From an uncultured Oligoflexia bacterium (GTDB lineage: Bacteria; Bdellovibrionota; UBA1018; CAZQUK01), in the NCBI GenBank assembly GCA_964596435.1, contig CAZQUK010000004.1:1-29510 (forward strand): a stretch of 29,510 bases of DNA. The letters run 5' to 3'. The position numbers and the translations under genes were made by a program. The notes under the pieces were generated by a model. It did not search any database. It had not been told where the DNA came from and was given only the letters and a program-made list of their open reading frames with translations. Of the stretch, positions 8,958-16,721 are shown piece by piece. Every line of letters starts with the position of its first letter. Positions within the stretch are counted from its first letter, which is position 1.

Positions 8958-10391
8958 CTATTTATCATTCTTATCATTATTGTTGTTTACCTGGTCAGCC
9001 TCTTCCGAATTGGCCTGTTTAAACATTTCTTTAAGTCGTTCTTCTGCGAGAGTTTTAGCATCTTTTTTGAGTTCAGGTCCTGCCGAGAACTGTCCTTTTT
9101 CGTCGTCAGACACATCTTCGGGACCTTTTATTGCATCGCCAACTTTTTCAACAATGGCTTTTGCATTTTCGCTAAGTTTTTTTGCATCTTCTTCTGAGGT
9201 AAATCCTGGTATTTTCTGGAGTGCTTCAATTTTTGCATTTGCAACGTTATGCACATTAAGAAAACCAGCTTGAAGTATTGCCTGCGCGATTGTTTCATTA
9301 ATACCATCAAGGTGCTGAAGGTTAAAAACTGCTTCTTGAGTTCTTTTTTGAAGTTTCGATTTTGAAATAATATCAAGACGCCAGCCCGTTAGTTGTGCAG
9401 CTAATCTGACGTTTTGACCTTTTCTGCCGATTGCAAGAGAAAGCTGATCGTCTTCTACCATTATTTCCATCGATTTATTGCGTTCATCAAGCCTAATTGA
9501 TGAAATCTCGGCTGGTGATAAAGATGACTGTACAAACATTACTGGGTTATCCGACCATGGAACTATGTCGATTTTTTCACCCTTAAGTTCTTGAATTACG
9601 CTTTGTACACGGATTCCTTTCATTCCAACACATGCGCCAACTGGATCCACATCCTTGTCTTTTGAAAATACGGCAATTTTTGAACGTGCCCCGGCCTCTC
9701 TGGAGCAGCCTTTTATTTCAATTAACTCCTCTCTGATTTCCGGAACTTCTATTTCAAAAAGTTTGATTACATATTTTGGTGATGAACGGGTTAAATAAAT
9801 CTGTGGCCCTCTTGTCGTTGAAACCACATCTTCTAGGAAGGCTTGAACTCTATCACCTGGTTTTATAACTTCACCAGGAATTGCTTGGGAGCGTGGTAAA
9901 AGAGCATCTGTTTTTCCAAGATCAATTACAATATTGCCCCTCTCCATTCGGCGTGCGATGCCTGTTATGAGATCGCCTTTTCTGTGAATAAATTCATTAA
10001 ATATTATTTCGCGTTCTGCATCCCTGACTTTTTGAAAAATTATTTGTTTTGCGGTCTGAGCATCTATTCGGCCAAAATTTGGTGTTTCAACTTTAATACC
10101 AATTTCATCTCCGATCTCAACATCAGGATCAAGCTCTCTTGCTTCTTCGATTTTTATTTCCTCAAGGGGTTCAAGCATGTCATCATCGCTATCAACAACC
10201 TTCTTAAAAAGGTAAAGATCTACTTCGCCTGAATCTTCACTGTAGTGGGCCTCCATTACGGCAAATTGGCCATATTTTTTCTGGGCAGCCGCTATAATGG
10301 CTTGTTCAAGTGCACTTACTATAATTTCTTTTTTTATTCCCCGATCTTTTCCAACTGATTCAATGACTCTTGTCAGTTCTGATAGTTTCAT
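8958..10391 (-). CDS. nusA: Transcription termination/antitermination factor NusA
   Basis: NTD, S1, KH domains (DPVGACVGMKG, AIGRKGQNVRLA) and one HhH/AR-like C-terminal region. Confidence 0.98.
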   Translation of the reverse strand: MKLSELTRVIESVGKDRGIKKEIIVSALEQAIIAAAQKKYGQFAVMEAHYSEDSGEVDLYLFKKVVDSDDDMLEPLEEIKIEEARELDPDVEIGDEIGIKVETPNFGRIDAQTAKQIIFQKVRDAEREIIFNEFIHRKGDLITGIARRMERGNIVIDLGKTDALLPRSQAIPGEVIKPGDRVQAFLEDVVSTTRGPQIYLTRSSPKYVIKLFEIEVPEIREELIEIKGCSREAGARSKIAVFSKDKDVDPVGACVGMKGIRVQSVIQELKGEKIDIVPWSDNPVMFVQSSLSPAEISSIRLDERNKSMEIMVEDDQLSLAIGRKGQNVRLAAQLTGWRLDIISKSKLQKRTQEAVFNLQHLDGINETIAQAILQAGFLNVHNVANAKIEALQKIPGFTSEEDAKKLSENAKAIVEKVGDAIKGPEDVSDDEKGQFSAGPELKKDAKTLAEERLKEMFKQANSEEADQVNNNNDKNDK

Positions 10392-10428
10392 CTTTTTTGT
10401 CCTTTCATAAAAAATTATTCCTAATGTT

Positions 10429-11031
10429 TTATGTTACCTGTAACGCTGGTTCCAGATTTGCCTTGGACACTAATTCGAATGGAATTTTGATATCCGGTAA
10501 TTCTGTCTCAGTGTTTTTTTTCTGTTTTTTTGATGCAGAGTGACTGCTATCTACCCTAAAAAGAATGTTTGTTGATGTGTCATCAAGTCCAAGAATAATT
10601 CCAATAAAATTTTTCTGCTTTGGGTTTTTATTGTGGTAAAAATTGTTTTGAATTTCCGTTGAGGTCAGGGGTCTGAATAGTTGAATACGGGCGCGCTGGT
10701 TTTTGAAACGATCAAAGTCTTTAAGTTTTCTTAGTGGTCTTTCAATACCTGGAGAGGAAACTTCAAGATCATAGCTTCCGTGAAAGATTTCATCCACTTC
10801 GGGTATTATATCAAGAAGGGTATCTAGTGTTTGTGAAACCTTAACACAATCTTCGCTACCTATTGGCGACGAGAGTGGATTAAGGTGGTCAATAAAGAGT
10901 CTAAGGGTTTTTTTATGGTGAGAAATGATTTCAATATATACAAGCTCGTAACCATGGTCCTTAAGGACCGATTCAATTGAGTCCTCAACTTTTGAAACTA
11001 CTGCTTTTTTGTTTTTCTCAATATCCTTCAT
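10429..11031 (-). CDS. rimP: Ribosome maturation factor RimP
   Basis: LRLFID, EDCVKVS and YDLEVSSPGIERPL motifs; first gene of the nusA-infB operon. Confidence 0.95.
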   Translation of the reverse strand: MKDIEKNKKAVVSKVEDSIESVLKDHGYELVYIEIISHHKKTLRLFIDHLNPLSSPIGSEDCVKVSQTLDTLLDIIPEVDEIFHGSYDLEVSSPGIERPLRKLKDFDRFKNQRARIQLFRPLTSTEIQNNFYHNKNPKQKNFIGIILGLDDTSTNILFRVDSSHSASKKQKKNTETELPDIKIPFELVSKANLEPALQVT

Positions 11032-11073
11032 AATCTTTCAAAAAAATAATAAATTCCAATCAGAGTCATATTT

Positions 11074-11099
11074 AAAAAAAATGGGCCTTTTAGCCCATT
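11074..11099 (-). terminator. rimP leader intrinsic terminator/attenuator
   Basis: Minus strand AAUGGGC-UAAAAG-GCCCAUU followed by a U run, about 45 nt upstream of the rimP ATG. This is the position of the known rimP/ylxS leader terminator. Confidence 0.75.
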
Positions 11100-11286
11100 C
11101 TTAGTGAACACTTATTTTTTGCCCCAGGCTCTCCAGCACAGAAAACTACACTGGTGACTTAACTTCCATTAATCCTACGTGTCAGATTTTGTTTTTCTAA
11201 CATAGTAATTTAAGGAAGCCAAGGATTTGATTCGTATTTGAAAAACAAAAAATGCAAATTTCGTGTAAAAAGGGGTCCTTATGGGA

Positions 11287-11865
11287 CTATTGGGTTCTTT
11301 GGCTTTGTGGAGCCTTTATTTGGCGTCCAGGCGAGGGCTGGGAAGAAGAGTGGATATTATCATCAGGAACGGACTTTTGCTGCGTATTGGATATCCTGCT
11401 GTCATTAGCACCTTGTGTGGCATCAGTTGTGGGCGCTGGTTTAAAAAAATAGTCTAAAAATTCTTTTACATATTGTCTTTTCTTTTGAGGTCTAAAACAG
11501 CTGATTTTGTCCTGGTATGCTTCATGACTTTTGCACTTTTGTATTTCCTCGTTTGAAAAAGACCTGTTGGCTATTAAGTTAATACAGGTAAGTTTCCATA
11601 AACCTGAAGAATTAAGATTTGTACAAACATCTAACGCGCCGAGTTCAAAACGATTGTTTTGGATTTGTGCGAGACAATCTGATATATTTTCGTGGCCATC
11701 TGAGATGTTTTTACAAAATAAATCAGGGTCTGAAATCGCCTGAAGCTTATGAGTTTCAGCCTCCGATTTAGCCACAACTATTCCAAGTGGCGATGTTAAA
11801 TACAAAAAAGATAATATTATTGCTAAGATAGCAAACCAAGTTATTTCTGGATTAAGCTTTTTCAA
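11287..11865 (-). CDS. Hypothetical exported/membrane-anchored protein with Cys-pair repeats
   Basis: Hydrophobic N-terminus; six Cys with C-x12-C-x16 periodicity; low-complexity C-terminal tail; TTG start. Confidence 0.65.
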   Translation of the reverse strand: MKKLNPEITWFAILAIILSFLYLTSPLGIVVAKSEAETHKLQAISDPDLFCKNISDGHENISDCLAQIQNNRFELGALDVCTNLNSSGLWKLTCINLIANRSFSNEEIQKCKSHEAYQDKISCFRPQKKRQYVKEFLDYFFKPAPTTDATQGANDSRISNTQQKSVPDDNIHSSSQPSPGRQIKAPQSQRTQ

Positions 11866-11915
11866 TTTATAGCCCCCGCTCTTATACCCAATTAATCGGT
11901 TTATTTATACAATTC

Positions 11916-11944
11916 TTGACATTTGACAATTGGGTTGGTGCAAT
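11916..11944 (+). promoter_or_regulatory. Sigma70-type promoter for the 12026 gene
   Basis: TTGACA (11916-11921), 17-bp spacer, TGCAAT (11939-11944) preceded by an extended-10 TG; a second TTGACA at 11923-11928. Confidence 0.45.
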
Positions 11945-12025
11945 ATTAGATAGGTGAGTTCTAGAATTTATTATTTTTAGAGCCTTTCCTTTTGAATGAC
12001 AGAAGGAACCAATTGGGGGTAGCGC

Positions 12026-12919
12026 TTGTTTTCCATACTAAAAGTAACTAGCCGTAAATATTGGGTATTTTTGTTTACTTGGGCTGTTTTGTGCATAGGG
12101 GCTTTTTTGTCCTCGTGTCTGTCCGAAAATAGTGCTGGAGCCAGACAAACTGCAAGTTATAACGATACGGACCTTCTTAATAAAGCGTTAGAGCGCGGTG
12201 TTCAACCAGTTGGTGTCGAGTGGTGCGGCTATAAAGAAAAAAAAATTTTGGGAAAATGGACAGCAGAAAGGTTTAATGAACTGAAGCCCGTTAATATTAG
12301 CGCCCAGATGCCGTGGAGTGGAAACAATTCACAGGTTTTGAGTCTTAAGGGTGTTGAGTTTTCAAAATTTATTGATGTTTTATTAGGTGGACTGACGCTT
12401 GAAGAAAAATCCGAGGTAGATTTATTGGTTTTTGAAGGTCAAGGTTCTAAAATGGTGGAAGTTCCCAGAAGTTTTTTTTCTAAATACTCAATTTACATAG
12501 TACTGAATAACCGAATAAGTGCAGATGATGAAAGTTCATTTTCAACAGTTGTGCCGTATAATTTGAAACAGACTTTTAATAATCAGCAATTGCCTTATTA
12601 TTCATTTTTCATAAGAAATCTTAAAAAGATTGAACTTTCAAGTTACAAAAATAGGCATGCAAAATATTTATTAAAAAGCAGAAAAGATCCAATAGCGATT
12701 TTAGGTGAGAGAATTTTTTTACAGTCGTTTTCTTTTTGCCAGGGATTAAGGAGTCCAAGTTCTGTTAAGTATGTTTATTCTGATTTCTATACTGCGCTAA
12801 ACTGCAATCTTAATAAATATGGTTACGACCAACTGAGCGAAAAGCAGGAAAAAGAAAGAGCTCTTAAACAATACTGGGCGGCTTATTTAATGGAAAACCC
12901 AGAAGTTGAACCTCTTTAA
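12026..12919 (+). CDS. Putative lipoprotein with degenerate molybdopterin-oxidoreductase-like and cytochrome c-like segments
   Basis: Lipobox-like LSSC after a hydrophobic stretch; MPWS...LKGVEFSKFIDVLL...VEVPR...TVVP...FIRNLKKIEL pattern; LGERIFLQSFSFCQ. Confidence 0.65.
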   Translation: MFSILKVTSRKYWVFLFTWAVLCIGAFLSSCLSENSAGARQTASYNDTDLLNKALERGVQPVGVEWCGYKEKKILGKWTAERFNELKPVNISAQMPWSGNNSQVLSLKGVEFSKFIDVLLGGLTLEEKSEVDLLVFEGQGSKMVEVPRSFFSKYSIYIVLNNRISADDESSFSTVVPYNLKQTFNNQQLPYYSFFIRNLKKIELSSYKNRHAKYLLKSRKDPIAILGERIFLQSFSFCQGLRSPSSVKYVYSDFYTALNCNLNKYGYDQLSEKQEKERALKQYWAAYLMENPEVEPL

Positions 12920-13080
12920 ATGGTAACTTTTTTGTAAAAAAACGAATACTTAAAGAGTTCTTTGGGGAAAATTTATTTTCTATCCAGTTTCATTCTGGTT
13001 TCTAACTTTTAAGTACACACAAACCAATTATTGATATACGAATAGTTTCCGGGAGTTGAAACAAGTAACGGGGTATTGTT

Positions 13081-14628
13081 GTGAACAATGTAAATCAAAA
13101 AGAAGAAAAAAAAACGATAATTCGCAAAAATGATGATGTTCGGGTTCGTTTTGCGCCATCTCCAACAGGGTTATTACATATTGGTGGCGTTCGGACCGCA
13201 CTTTTTAACTGGCTATTTGCGCGCCAAAAAGAAGGGAAATGTTTACTTAGAATTGAAGATACCGACACAGAGCGCTCAAAGGATATTTATGTTGAAGACA
13301 TTATGAACTCGCTTAAGTGGTTAGGGCTTGATTGGGATGAAGAAGCAATTTTTCAAAGCAAGCGCATGGATATATATAAGGCCAAGGCTGAGGAGCTAAT
13401 AAAAAAGGAGCTGGCATATCATTGTACTTGTACCCCGGAGGAAGTTCAGGAAATGCGCGCAAGGGCGCTAGCCGAGGGTAGAAAGCCAAAATATGATGGC
13501 AGGTGCCGTGGACTGGGAATAAAAAGTACCGACGATAAACCTTCAGTAATTAGGATCAAGCTTCCACAAGATGGTACAGTTACTTTTAATGATATGATTC
13601 ATGGTGAGCTTAGTGTTGAGAATAAAGAACTTGATGATTTTATTATTGTCCGTTCAAACGGAGCGCCCACCTATAATTTTACTGTGGTAGTTGATGAAAT
13701 AGAATGCGGTATAACTCACGTTATAAGGGGGGATGACCACTTAAATAATACGCCTAAGCAAATTCATATTTTTAATTATTTTAAATATAAAATTCCGATT
13801 TTTGCTCATCTCCCAATGATCTTAGGCTCGGATAAGAAAAAACTTTCAAAGCGTCATGGTGCTGTTTCTGCAAGCACTTATCGAGAAGAGGGTTTTTTGC
13901 CAGAAGCACTGTTAAATTTCCTTGCGCGTCTTGGCTGGAGCCATGGTGATGAAGAAGTTTTTACTATTGATGAATTAATAGAAAAATTTTCTTTTGATAA
14001 TGTTCAAAAAAGTCAGGCCGTATTCAATAGAGAAAAACTTGTTTGGGTTAATGGTGTGCATTTGGCAAATGCGGACCCATTGAGAGTACAAAAAATTCTT
14101 GTTAAGGATTTCATTCAGAAGTTTCCTCTTGAACTTAGATCCTTTCTTGATACTTGGAGAAGCGAAAAGCTGATCACAAAAATTCAGCCGAAAGTTAAAA
14201 AGATAGATGAACTTATAGATGAACTTATACCACTTTTTTCAACCGATAAAATGAATCTGGATTTGCGCCCTCTAAAATGGGACAAAAAACCAGAATTAAA
14301 ACCGAAAGTATTTGCGGCCATTAAGGAAGCAAGAGAATATTTTTCACAAATTATTTCTGAAAGATCCAAAGACTTTAAAAGAGAAGGGGTCGAGACTAAT
14401 TGGGGACAGATTCCTTCATTGGAGGAAGTTGGTATTAAGGTTGAGGAAGTTGAGGAATACATAAAAAAACTTTGTGAAACACATCAAATCAGTCTTGGAC
14501 AGTTAGCGCAACCAATCCGTCTTGCCGTTGTGGGTAGAGCCGTGAGTGCAATGGGTGTTTTTGACCTTTTATGGCTCTTACCTTGGAACATTATTGAAAC
14601 AAGGTTTTTGGAGCTAGAGAAACTTTAA
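13081..14628 (+). CDS. gltX: Glutamate--tRNA ligase
   Basis: RFAPSPTGLLHIGG (HIGH), LRIEDTD, RGDDHL, KLSKR (KMSKS), CxC...C zinc-site residues. Confidence 0.97.
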   Translation: MNNVNQKEEKKTIIRKNDDVRVRFAPSPTGLLHIGGVRTALFNWLFARQKEGKCLLRIEDTDTERSKDIYVEDIMNSLKWLGLDWDEEAIFQSKRMDIYKAKAEELIKKELAYHCTCTPEEVQEMRARALAEGRKPKYDGRCRGLGIKSTDDKPSVIRIKLPQDGTVTFNDMIHGELSVENKELDDFIIVRSNGAPTYNFTVVVDEIECGITHVIRGDDHLNNTPKQIHIFNYFKYKIPIFAHLPMILGSDKKKLSKRHGAVSASTYREEGFLPEALLNFLARLGWSHGDEEVFTIDELIEKFSFDNVQKSQAVFNREKLVWVNGVHLANADPLRVQKILVKDFIQKFPLELRSFLDTWRSEKLITKIQPKVKKIDELIDELIPLFSTDKMNLDLRPLKWDKKPELKPKVFAAIKEAREYFSQIISERSKDFKREGVETNWGQIPSLEEVGIKVEEVEEYIKKLCETHQISLGQLAQPIRLAVVGRAVSAMGVFDLLWLLPWNIIETRFLELEKL

Positions 14629-14630
14629 GA

Positions 14631-14722
14631 GTGAGGCGCAGACAGCACAAGCCTTATTGCTTCCACACGCACGAGGGTCCTCTTGGGGGGCGTGTGTCTA
14701 CCGCGGCGCAGAAACACACAAG
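14631..14722. other. GC-rich intergenic element with stem-loop and flanking direct repeat (candidate structured RNA or REP-like element)
   Basis: 55 of 90 bases G+C (14631-14720) in an AT-rich window; CACACGC/GCGTGTG stem; GGCGCAGA..CACAAG repeated near 14635 and 14705. Confidence 0.4.
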
Positions 14723-14740
14723 AATTAAAATTAACTCCGC

Positions 14741-14793
14741 TATACACTAGATGTATACGATGTTTTGTCTTATATAAGATTTATTATAATAAA
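14741..14793. promoter_or_regulatory. Cluster of palindromes overlapping a TATAAT box upstream of the glmL-like gene
   Basis: TATACA-N5-TGTATA (14741-14757), TCTTATATAAGA (14768-14779), TTTATTATAATAAA (14780-14793, includes TATAAT at 14785-14790). Confidence 0.45.
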
Positions 14794-14886
14794 GTTTGTC
14801 AGATGATGACTGGCGCTGCGCGTCAGACGTTACGGGGGAATTAGTCTATTTGTGAACCACTTAATAAAAAAAGGTAGTCCGAATCT

Positions 14887-16698
14887 ATGTCAAACGCAAA
14901 AGATATAAATGTAATTATTGCAACTGATTGTGGCAGCACAACAACAAAGGCAATTTTAATTGAAAGAATTGGAAATGAATTTCGTCAAACTTTTCGTGGC
15001 GAGGCACCAACTACTGTTGAGGCCCCGTTTGAAGATGTTACAAAAGGTGTTCTGAATTCCATTCAGGAAGTTGAAGAACTTTCCGGGCGCAAGATGCTTG
15101 ATGGCGAAAAAATAATAATGGAAACAAGTAGTGAGAATGGTAAAAAAATTGGCGTTGATGCTTACATTTCAACAAGTAGTGCAGGTGGTGGACTTCAAAT
15201 GATGGTAGCCGGTGCTGTAAAGTCAATGACCGCAGAAAGCGCTCAGCGCGCAGCTCTAGGTGCTGGTGCAATTGTTATGGATGTTCTTGCTTCAAATGAT
15301 AAGCGCCTACCGCACCAGAAAATTGAAAGGATCCGTCAATTGCGACCGGATATGATTTTATTATCAGGTGGTACAGATGGCGGTACAATTTCACATGTTG
15401 TTGAGCTTGCAGAATATATTGCCGCCGCAGATCCAAAACCGAGACTTGGCATTAGTTATAAACTCCCAGTATTATACGCCGGAAACGTTGATGCTCGTCA
15501 GAATATTAAGGATGTTTTGCAGGAAAAAATGGAACTTGTTATCACAGATAACTTAAGACCAACACTTGAGCGCGAAAACTTCATGCCTGCCAGACAGGAA
15601 ATTCAGACACTGTTTCTGGAACACGTTATGGCGCAGGCACCTGGCTATAAAAAATTAATTGAAATGACAACAACTGACATTATGCCAACACCTGCAGCCG
15701 TTGGTCTAATTATGCAAATCATTGCAAAAAAACATGGAATAAATTTAATGGGGGTCGATATTGGCGGTGCCACAACGGACGTGTTTTCTGTTTTCGGAGA
15801 GGTTTTCAATAGAACAGTTAGCGCAAATTATGGCATGTCATACAGTATTTCAAACGTGCTTGCAGACGCAGGCCTTAAACGAGTAATGCGTTGGCTTTCT
15901 TTTGACGTTAACGAAAAGGAAGTACGCGACAGAATTAAAAATAAAATGATACGTCCAACCACTATTCCACAAACACTTGATGCACTTAAGTTAGAACAAG
16001 GAATAGCAAGAGAGGCGCTTCGTTTGTCTTTTGAACAACATAAGCTGCTTGCTGTGAGCCTTAAGGGTGTGCAACAGGAAAGAACAATTGCTGAGGCTTT
16101 TACCCAGTCAGAATCCGGTCAATCCATTGTTAACATGATGGAGCTTGATATGATTGTCGGTAGTGGTGGAGTTCTTTCGCACGCGCCAAGAAGAAACCAG
16201 TCAATGTCGATGATGATTGATTCTTTCCAACCTGAGGGCATTACATTTATTTCGGTTGATAGTATTTTTATGATGCCACATCTTGGTGTGCTTACAAATG
16301 TTAACAAACAAGCTGCAACAGAAGTATTTGAAAAAGACTGTATGGTTTATCTTGGAACCTGTGTTGCTCCTGTTGGTTCTGCAAAGTTTGGCACTAAGGT
16401 TATGGATTATAAAATTAAAATGGGACAAACCAGTATTAACGAAACTATTAATTTTGGGGAATTAAAATTTTATAATTTGAGCTTAAACGAAACTGCAGAA
16501 ATAGAACTTTGCCCAATGCGCGGATTTGATGTTGGGCGTGGAAAAGGAAAAACTCATAAAGGAGTTGTAAAGGGCGGTGTTGTTGGCCTTGTAATTGATG
16601 CCAGGGGGCGGCCAATAAAATTCCCGGATGATGAAGCGCACAGAAAAGAAAAAGTTATTGCCTGGAACAAGGAAATGAACCTTTATAGTGAATATTAA
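14887..16698 (+). CDS. glmL: GlmL/MutL (glutamate mutase L)-like ASKHA-fold ATPase with C-terminal extension
   Basis: ATDCGSTTTKA (phosphate 1), SSAGGGL, LLSGGTDGG, GVDIGGATTDVFS (phosphate 2), VGSGGVL (adenosine). Family call from motif recall; function here unknown. Confidence 0.85.
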   Translation: MSNAKDINVIIATDCGSTTTKAILIERIGNEFRQTFRGEAPTTVEAPFEDVTKGVLNSIQEVEELSGRKMLDGEKIIMETSSENGKKIGVDAYISTSSAGGGLQMMVAGAVKSMTAESAQRAALGAGAIVMDVLASNDKRLPHQKIERIRQLRPDMILLSGGTDGGTISHVVELAEYIAAADPKPRLGISYKLPVLYAGNVDARQNIKDVLQEKMELVITDNLRPTLERENFMPARQEIQTLFLEHVMAQAPGYKKLIEMTTTDIMPTPAAVGLIMQIIAKKHGINLMGVDIGGATTDVFSVFGEVFNRTVSANYGMSYSISNVLADAGLKRVMRWLSFDVNEKEVRDRIKNKMIRPTTIPQTLDALKLEQGIAREALRLSFEQHKLLAVSLKGVQQERTIAEAFTQSESGQSIVNMMELDMIVGSGGVLSHAPRRNQSMSMMIDSFQPEGITFISVDSIFMMPHLGVLTNVNKQAATEVFEKDCMVYLGTCVAPVGSAKFGTKVMDYKIKMGQTSINETINFGELKFYNLSLNETAEIELCPMRGFDVGRGKGKTHKGVVKGGVVGLVIDARGRPIKFPDDEAHRKEKVIAWNKEMNLYSEY

Positions 16699-16721
16699 AA
16701 AAATTTTTGGAGGAAACTAAA

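Noticed and set aside
6568-10232. Plus-strand ORFs up to 239 aa opposite infB and nusA
   Set aside because: Antisense shadows of highly conserved genes; no recognisable domains.
14800-14886. TGACTGGCG resembling the 5' core of a ZTP (pfl) riboswitch upstream of glmL
   Set aside because: The P2 GTGG..CCAC stem is not properly formed and the 3' CGCCTGGG pseudoknot partner is absent before the start codon.
14629-14886. Cobalamin riboswitch or tRNA in the gltX-glmL gap
   Set aside because: No B12-box/GGGAA-type motifs, and no cloverleaf or TTCGA T-loop on either strand.
14887-16698. Annotation as glutamate/methylaspartate mutase or as mismatch-repair MutL
   Set aside because: No cobalamin-binding or TIM-barrel mutase motifs, and ASKHA rather than GHKL ATPase motifs; the MutL name is a homonym.
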